A stretch of DNA of 55,682 nt from Cyanophora paradoxa CCMP329 (lineage: Eukaryota > Plantae > Glaucophyta): NCBI GenBank assembly GCA_004431415.1, contig QPMI01000324.1, positions 1-55,682 on the forward strand, given 5' to 3'. Below the pieces are notes generated by a model that ran no database searches, was not told the DNA's origin, and worked only from the letters and a program-made list of their open reading frames with translations. A program made the position numbers and the translations under genes. The first letter of the stretch is position 1. Each line of letters opens with the position of its first letter. Positions 48,401-55,682 of this stretch are shown here, piece by piece.

Positions 48401-51400
48401 GCCTCGTACAGGGCCTCTGCTGGGCAGGGTGCACCTGCCTAAGGCTAGCGCCTTGTGCATGTTCCCCCTGGAAAGGTTTTGTGTGCACCTGACCTTGCTT
48501 TTGTGGGCCCACGGGAATTCAAACTGACCAGGGCTAAGAGGAGTGAACCCAGGAAACATTCAAGTCCCCAAACACTCGGCAGGGATCCCACTTGGAAGGG
48601 CAGAGCCTCTACAGGGCCTCTGCTGGGCAGGGTGCACCTGCCTAAGGCTAGCGCCTTGTGCATGTTCCCCTGGAAAGTTTTGTGTGCACCTGACCTTGCT
48701 TTGTGGGCCCGACGGGAATTCAAACTGACCAGGGCTAAGAGGAGTGAACCAGGGAAACATTCAAGTCCCCAAACACTCGGCAGGGATCCCACTTGGAAGG
48801 GCAGAGCCTCCTACAGGGCCACTGCTGGGCAGGGTGCACCTGCCTAAGGCTAGCGCCTTGTGCATGTTCCCGCTGGAAAGTTTTTGTGTGCACCTGACCT
48901 TGCTTTTGTGGGCCCGACGGGAATTCAAACTGACCAGGGCTAAGAAGGAGTGAACCCCGGAAACATTCAAGTCCCCAAACACTCGGCAGGGATCCCACTT
49001 GGAAGGGCAGAGCCTCCTACAGGGCCTCTGCTGGGCAGGGTGCACCTGCCTAAGGCTAGCGCCTTGTGCATGTTCCCCCTGGAAAGGTTTTGTGTGCACC
49101 TGACCTTGCTTTTGTGGGCCCACGGGAATTCAAACTGACCAGGGCTAAGAGGAGTGAACCCAGGAAACATTCAAGTCCCCAAACACTGGCAGGGATCCCA
49201 CTTGGAAGGGCAGAGCCTCGTACAGGGCCTCTGCTGGGCAGGGTGCACCTGCCTAAGGCTAGCGCCTTGTGCATGTTCCCCCTGGAAAGGTTTTGTGTGC
49301 ACCTGACCTTGCTTTTGTGGGCCCGACGGGAATTCAAACTGACCAGGGCTAAGAGGGAGTGAACCCAGGAAACATTCAAGTCCCCAAACACTCGGCAGGG
49401 ATCCCACTTGGAAGGGCAGAGCCTCTTACAGGGCCTCTGCTGGGCAGGGTGCACCTGCCTAAGGCTAGCGCCTTGTGCATGTTCCCCCTGGAAAGGTTTT
49501 GTGTGCACCTGACCTTGCTTTTGTGGGCCCGACGGGAATTCAAACTGACCAGGGCTAAGAGGGAGTGAACCAGGGAAACATTCAAGTCCCCAAACACTCG
49601 GCAGGGATCCCACTTGGAAGGGCAGAGCCTCGTACAGGGCCTCTGCTGGGCAGGGTGCACCTGCCTAAGGCTAGCGCCTTGTGCATGTTCCCCCTGGAAA
49701 GGTTTTGTGTGCACCTGACCTTGCTTTTGTGGGCCCGACGGGAATTCAAACTGACCAGGGCTAAGAGGAGTGAACCCAGGAAACATTCAAGTCCCCAAAC
49801 ACTCGCAGGGATCCCACTTGGAAGGGCAGAGCCTCTTACAGGGCCTCTGCTGGGCAGGGTGCACCTGCCTAAGGCTAGCGCCTTGTGCATGTTCCCCTGG
49901 AAAGGTTTTGTGTGCACCTGACCTTGCTTTGTGGGCCCGACGGGAATTCAAACTGACCAGGGCTAAGAGGAGTGAACCCAGGAAACATTCAAGTCCCCAA
50001 ACACTCGGCAGGGATCCCACTTGGAAGGGCAGAGCCTCTTAAGGGCCTCTGCTGGGCAGGGTGCACCTGCCTAAGGCTAGCGCCTTGTGCATGTTCCCCT
50101 GGAAAGGTTTTGTGTGCACCTGACCTTGCTTTGTGGGCCCACGGGAATTCAAACTGACCAGGGCTAAGAGGAGTGAACCCAGGAAACATTCAAGTCCCCA
50201 AACACTCGGCGGGATCCCACTTGGAAGGGCAGAGCCTCTTAAGGGCCTCTGCTGGGCAGGGTGCACCTGCCTAAGGCTAGCGCCTTGTGCATGTTCCCCT
50301 GGAAAGGTTTTGTGTGCACCTGACCTTGCTTTGTGGGCCCGACGGGAATTCAAACTGACCAGGGCTAAGAGGGAGTGAACCCAGGAAACATTCAAGTCCC
50401 CAAACACTCGGCAGGGATCCCACTTGGAAGGGCAGAGCCTCTTACAGGGCCTCTGCTGGGCAGGGTGCACCTGCCTAAGGCTAGCGCCTTGTGCATGTTC
50501 CCCTGGAAAGGTTTTGTGTGCACCTGACCTTGCTTTGTGGGCCCGACGGGAATTCAAACTGACCAGGGCTAAGAGGAGTGAACCAGGAAACATTCAAGTC
50601 CCCAAACACTCGGCAGGGATCCCACTTGGAAGGGCAGAGCCTCTACAGGGCCTCTGCTGGGCAGGGTGCACCTGCCTAAGGCTAGCGCCTTGTGCATGTT
50701 CCCCTGGAAAGTTTTGTGTGCACCTGACCTTGCTTTGTGGGCCCGACGGGAATTCAAACTGACCAGGGCTAAGAGGAGTGAACCCAGGAAACATTCAAGT
50801 CCCCAAACACTCGGCAGGGATCCCACTTGGAAGGGCAGAGCCTCTACAGGGCCTCTGCTGGGCAGGGTGCACCTGCCTAAGGCTAGCGCCTTGTGCATGT
50901 TCCCCCTGGAAAGGTTTTGTGTGCACCTGACCTTGCTTTTGTGGGCCCGACGGGAATTCAAACTGACCAGGGCTAAGAAGGAGTGAACCCAGGAAACATT
51001 CAAGTCCCCAAACACTCGGCAGGGATCCCACTTGGATGGGCAGAGCCTCTTAGAGGGCCACTGCTGGGCAGGGTGCACCTGCCTAAGGCTAGCACCTTGT
51101 GCATGTTCCCCCTGGAAAGGTTTTGTGTGCACCTGACCTTGCTTTTGTGGGCCAGACGGGAATTCAAACTGACCAGGGCTAAGAGGGAGTGAACCCGGGA
51201 AACATTCAAGTCCCCAAACACTTGGCAGGGATCCCACTTGGAAGGGCAGAGCCTCTTACAGGGCCTCTGCTGGGCAGGGTGCACCTGCCTAAGGCTAGCG
51301 CCTTGTGCATGTTCCCCCTGGAAAGGTTTTGTGTGCACCTGACCTTGCTTTTGTGGGCCCAACGGGAATTCAAACTGACCAGGGCTAAGAGGAGTGAACC

Positions 51401-54400
51401 AGGAAACATTCAAGTCCCCAAACACTCGGCAGGGATCCCACTTGGAAGGGCAGAGCCTCTTACAGGGCCTCTGCTGGGCAGGGTGCACCTGCCTAAGGCT
51501 AGCGCCTTGTGCATGTTCCCCCTAGAAAGGTTTTGTGTGCACCTGACCTCGCTGTTGTGGGCCCAACGGGAATTCAAACTGACCAGGGCTAAGAGGGAGT
51601 GAACCCAGGAAACATTCAAGTCCCCAAACACTCGGCAGGGATCCCACTTGGAAGGGCAGAGCCTCTTACAGGGCCTCTGCTGGGCAGGGTGCACCTGCCT
51701 AAGGCTAGCGCCTTGTGCATGTTCCCCCTGGAAAGGTTTTGTGTGCACCTGACCTTGCTTTTGTGGGCCCGACGGGAATTCAAACTGACCAGGGCTAAGA
51801 GGGAGTGAACCCAGGAAACATTCAAGTCCCCAAACACTCGGCAGGGATCCCACTTGGAAGGGCAGAGCCTCGTACAGGGCCTCTGCTGGGCAGGGTGCAC
51901 CTGCCTAAGGCTAGCGCCTTGTGCATGTTCCCCCTGGAAAGGTTTGTGTGCACCTGACCTTGCTTTGTGGGCCCGACGGGAATTCAAACTGACCAGGGCT
52001 AAGAGGGAGTGAACCCAGGAAACATTCAAGTCCCCAAACACTCGGCAGGGATCCCACTTGGAAGGGCAGAGCCTCTTAAGGGCCTCTGCTGGGCAGGGTG
52101 CACCTGCCTAAGGCTAGCGCCTTGTGCATGTTCCCCCTGGAAAGGTTTTGTGTGCACCTGACCTTGCTTTTGTGGGCCCAACGGGAATTCAAACTGACCA
52201 GGGCTAAGAGGAGTGAACCCAGGAAACATTCAAGTCCCCAAACACTCGGCAGGGATCCCACTTGGAAGGGCAGAGCCTCTTACAGGGCCTCTGCTGGGCA
52301 GGGTGCACCTGCCTAAGGCTAGCGCCTTGTGCATGTTCCCCTGGAAAGGTTTTGTGTGCACCTGACCTTGCTTTTGTGGGCCCGACGGGAATTCAAACTG
52401 ACCAGGGCTAAGAAGGAGTGAACCCAGGAAACATTCAAGTCCCCAAACACTCGGCAGGGATCCCACTTGGATGGGCAGAGCCTCTTAGAGGGCCACTGCT
52501 GGGCAGGGTGCACCTGCCTAAGGCTAGCGCCTTGTGCATGTTCCCCCTGGAAAGGTTTTGTGTGCACCTGACCTTGCTTTGTGGGCCCGACGGGAATTCA
52601 AACTGACCAGGGCTAAGAGGGAGTGAACCAGGGAAACATTCAAGTCCCCAAACACTCGGAGGGATCCCACTTGGAAGGGCAGAGCCTCGTACAGGGCCTC
52701 TGCTGGGCAGGGTGCACCTGCCTAAGGCTAGCGCCTTGTGCATGTTCCCCTGGAAAGGTTTGTGTGCACCTGACCTTGCTTTGTGGGCCCGACGGGAATT
52801 CAAACTGACCAGGCTAAGAGGAGTGAACCCAGGAAACATTCAAGTCCCCAAACACTCGGCAGGGATCCCACTTGGAAGGGCAGAGCCTCTTACAGGGCCT
52901 CTGCTGGGCAGGGTGCACCTGCCTAAGGCTAGCGCCTTGTGCATGTTCCCCTGGAAAGGTTTTGTGTGCACCTGACCTTGCTTTGTGGGCCCGACGGGAA
53001 TTCAAACTGACCAGGGCTAAGAGGGAGTGAACCAGGGAAACATTCAAGTCCCCAAACACTCGGCAGGGATCCCACTTGGAAGGGCAGAGCCTCTTACAGG
53101 GCCTCTGCTGGGCAGGGTGCACCTGCCTAAGGCTAGCGCCTTGTGCATGTTCCCCCTGGAAAGGTTTTGTGTGCACCTGACCTTGCTTTTGTGGGCCCAA
53201 CGGGAATTCAAACTGACCAGGGCTAAGAGGGAGTGAACCCAGGAAACATTCAAGTCCCCAAACACTCGGCAGGGATCCCACTTGGAAGGGCAGAGCCTCG
53301 TACAGGGCCTCTGCTGGGCAGGGTGCACCTGCCTAAGGCTAGCGCCTTGTGCATGTTCCCCCTGGAAAGGTTTTGTGTGCACCTGACCTTGCTTTTGTGG
53401 GCCCGACGGGAATTCAAACTGACCAGGGCTAAGAGGAGTGAACCCAGGAAACATTCAAGTCCCCAAACACTCGGCAGGGATCCCACTTGGAAGGCAGAGC
53501 CTCGTACAGGGCCTCTGCTGGGCAGGGTGCACCTGCCTAAGGCTAGCGCCTTGTGCATGTTCCCCCTGGAAAGGTTTTGTGTGCACCTGACCTTGCTTTT
53601 GTGGGCCCGACGGGAATTCAAACTGACCAGGGCTAAGAGGAGTGAACCCAGGAAACATTCAAGTCCCCAAACACTCGGCAGGGATCCCACTTGGAAGGGC
53701 AGAGCCTCGTACAGGGCCTCTGCTGGGCAGGGTGCACCTGCCTAAGGCTAGCGCCTTGTGCATGTTCCCCCTGGAAAGGTTTTGTGTGCACCTGACCTTG
53801 CTTTTGTGGGCCCAACGGGAATTCAAACTGACCAGGGCTAAGAGGGAGTGAACCAGGGAAACATTCAAGTCCCCAAACACTCGGCAGGGATCCCACTTGG
53901 AAGGGCAGAGCCTCGTACAGGGCCTCTGCTGGGCAGGGTGCACCTGCCTAAGGCTAGCGCCTTGTGCATGTTCCCCCTGGAAAGGTTTTGTGTGCACCTG
54001 ACCTTGCTTTTGTGGGCCCAACGGGAATTCAAACTGACCAGGGCTAAGAGGAGTGAACCCAGGAAACATTCAAGTCCCCAAACACTCGGCAGGGATCCCA
54101 CTTGGAAGGGCAGAGCCTCTTACAGGGCCTCTGCTGGGCAGGGTGCACCTGCCTAAGGCTAGCGCCTTGTGCATGTTCCCCCTGGAAAGTTTTGTGTGCA
54201 CCTGACCTTGCTTTTGTGGGCCCGACGGGAATTCAAACTGACCAGGGCTAAGAGGAGTGAACCCAGGAAACATTCAAGTCCCCAAACACTCGGCAGGGAT
54301 CCCACTTGGAAGGGCAGAGCCTCTTACAGGGCCTCTGCTGGGCAGGGTGCACCTGCCTAAGGCTAGCGCCTTGTGCATGTTCCCCCTGGAAAGGTTTTGT

Positions 54401-55615
54401 GTGCACCTGACCTTGCTTTTGTGGGCCCGACGGGAATTCAAACTGACCAGGGCTAAGAGGAGTGAACCCAGGAAACATTCAAGTCCCCAAACACTCGGCA
54501 GGGATCCCACTTGGAAGGGCAGAGCCTCGTACAGGGCCTCTGCTGGGCAGGGTGCACCTGCCTAAGGCTAGCGCCTTGTGCATGTTCCCCCTGGAAAGGT
54601 TTTGTGTGCACCTGACCTTGCTTTTGTGGGCCCACGGGAATTCAAACTGACCAGGGCTAAGAGGGAGTGAACCAGGGAAACATTCAAGTCCCCAAACACT
54701 CGGCAGGGATCCCACTTGGAAGGGCAGAGCCTTGTACAGGGCCTCTGCTGGGCAGGGTGCACCTGCCTAAGGCTAGCGCCTTGTGCATGGTCCCCCTGGA
54801 AAGGTTTTGTGTGCACCTGACCTTGCTTTGTGGGCCCACGGGAATTCAAACTGACCAGGGCTAAGAGGAGTGAACCCAGGAAACATTCAAGTCCCCAAAC
54901 ACTCGGCAGGGATCCCACTTGGAGGGCAGAGCCTCTTACAGGCCTCTGCTGGGCAGGGTGCACCTGCCTAAGGCTAGCACCTTGTGCATGTTCCCCCTGG
55001 AAAGGTTTTGTGTGCACCTGACCTTGCTTTTGTGGGCCCGACGGGAATTCAAACTGACCAGGGCTAAGAGGGAGTGAACCCAGGAAACATTCAAGTCCCC
55101 AAACACTCGGCAGGGATCCCACTTGGATGGGCAGAGCCTCTTAGAGGGCCACTGCTGGGCAGGGTGCACCTGCCTAAGGCTAGCGCCTTGTGCATGTTCC
55201 CCCTGGAAAGGTTTTGTGTGCACCTGACCTTGCTTTTGTGGGCCCAACGGGAATTCAAACTGACCAGGGCTAAGAGGAGTGAACCCAGGAAACATTCAAG
55301 TCCCCAAACACTCGGCAGGGATCCCACTTGGAAGGGCAGAGCCTCGTACAGGGCCTCTGCTGGGCAGGGTGCACCTGCCTAAGGCTAGCGCCTTGTGCAT
55401 GTTCCCCCTGGAAAGGTTTTGTGTGCACCTGACCTTGCTTTTGTGGGCCCGACGGGAATTCAAACTGACCAGGGCTAAGAAGGAGTGAACCCCGGAAACA
55501 TTCAAGTCCCCAAACACTCGGCAGGGATCCCACTTGGAAGGGCAGAGCCTCGTACAGGGCCTCTGCTGGGCAGGGTGCACCTGCCTAAGGCTAGCGCCTT
55601 GTGCATGTTCCCCCC
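42453..55615. repeat. 206-bp satellite array, ~64 copies
   Basis: Unit starts 47515, 47721, 47927, 48133 and 48339 are 206 bp apart; shorter units differ mainly in homopolymer length. Confidence 0.98.
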
Positions 55616-55682
55616 AAATCTCTCTGGGGGAATATGCACAAGGTGCTAGCCTTAGGCAGAGGACCCACCCAACAGCAAGTCA

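Noticed and set aside
42453-55615. CRISPR array or coding repeats (many short ORFs)
   Set aside because: There are no unique spacers and no cas genes; the ORFs are translations of the satellite with frame-breaking length variants.

Overview
GC-rich eukaryotic DNA with short GT-AG introns, in three zones. (1) 1-~10.2 kb: a compact virus-like gene cluster running off the left edge. It holds an intron-split D5-like SF3 helicase (Walker A GQSGTG|KST is visible only after splicing), two intron-rich orphan genes, an intronless YqaJ/lambda-exonuclease gene with a strand-specific 20-bp hairpin at its stop, and two intronless tandem paralogues of an unrecognised family. This is probably one end of a partly intronised endogenous viral or giant mobile element; no capsid, polymerase or integrase is visible in the window. 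(2) ~10.3-42.3 kb: nested mobile DNA. Two related, divergently oriented, inactivated non-LTR retrotransposons (APE-RT-Cys/His domain-RNase H-CCHC) both adjoin copies of one non-coding repeat family, here called R, which also forms a 1.47-kb inverted repeat. Also present are a 19-bp-TIR MITE, palindromic foldback arrays and a five-hairpin cluster. (3) 42.45-55.6 kb: about 64 copies of a 206-bp satellite ending in an inversion junction. Many 1-bp indels in G/C runs look like long-read errors, so exon models and pseudogene calls are tentative. All protein assignments come from motifs read by eye, not from database searches.
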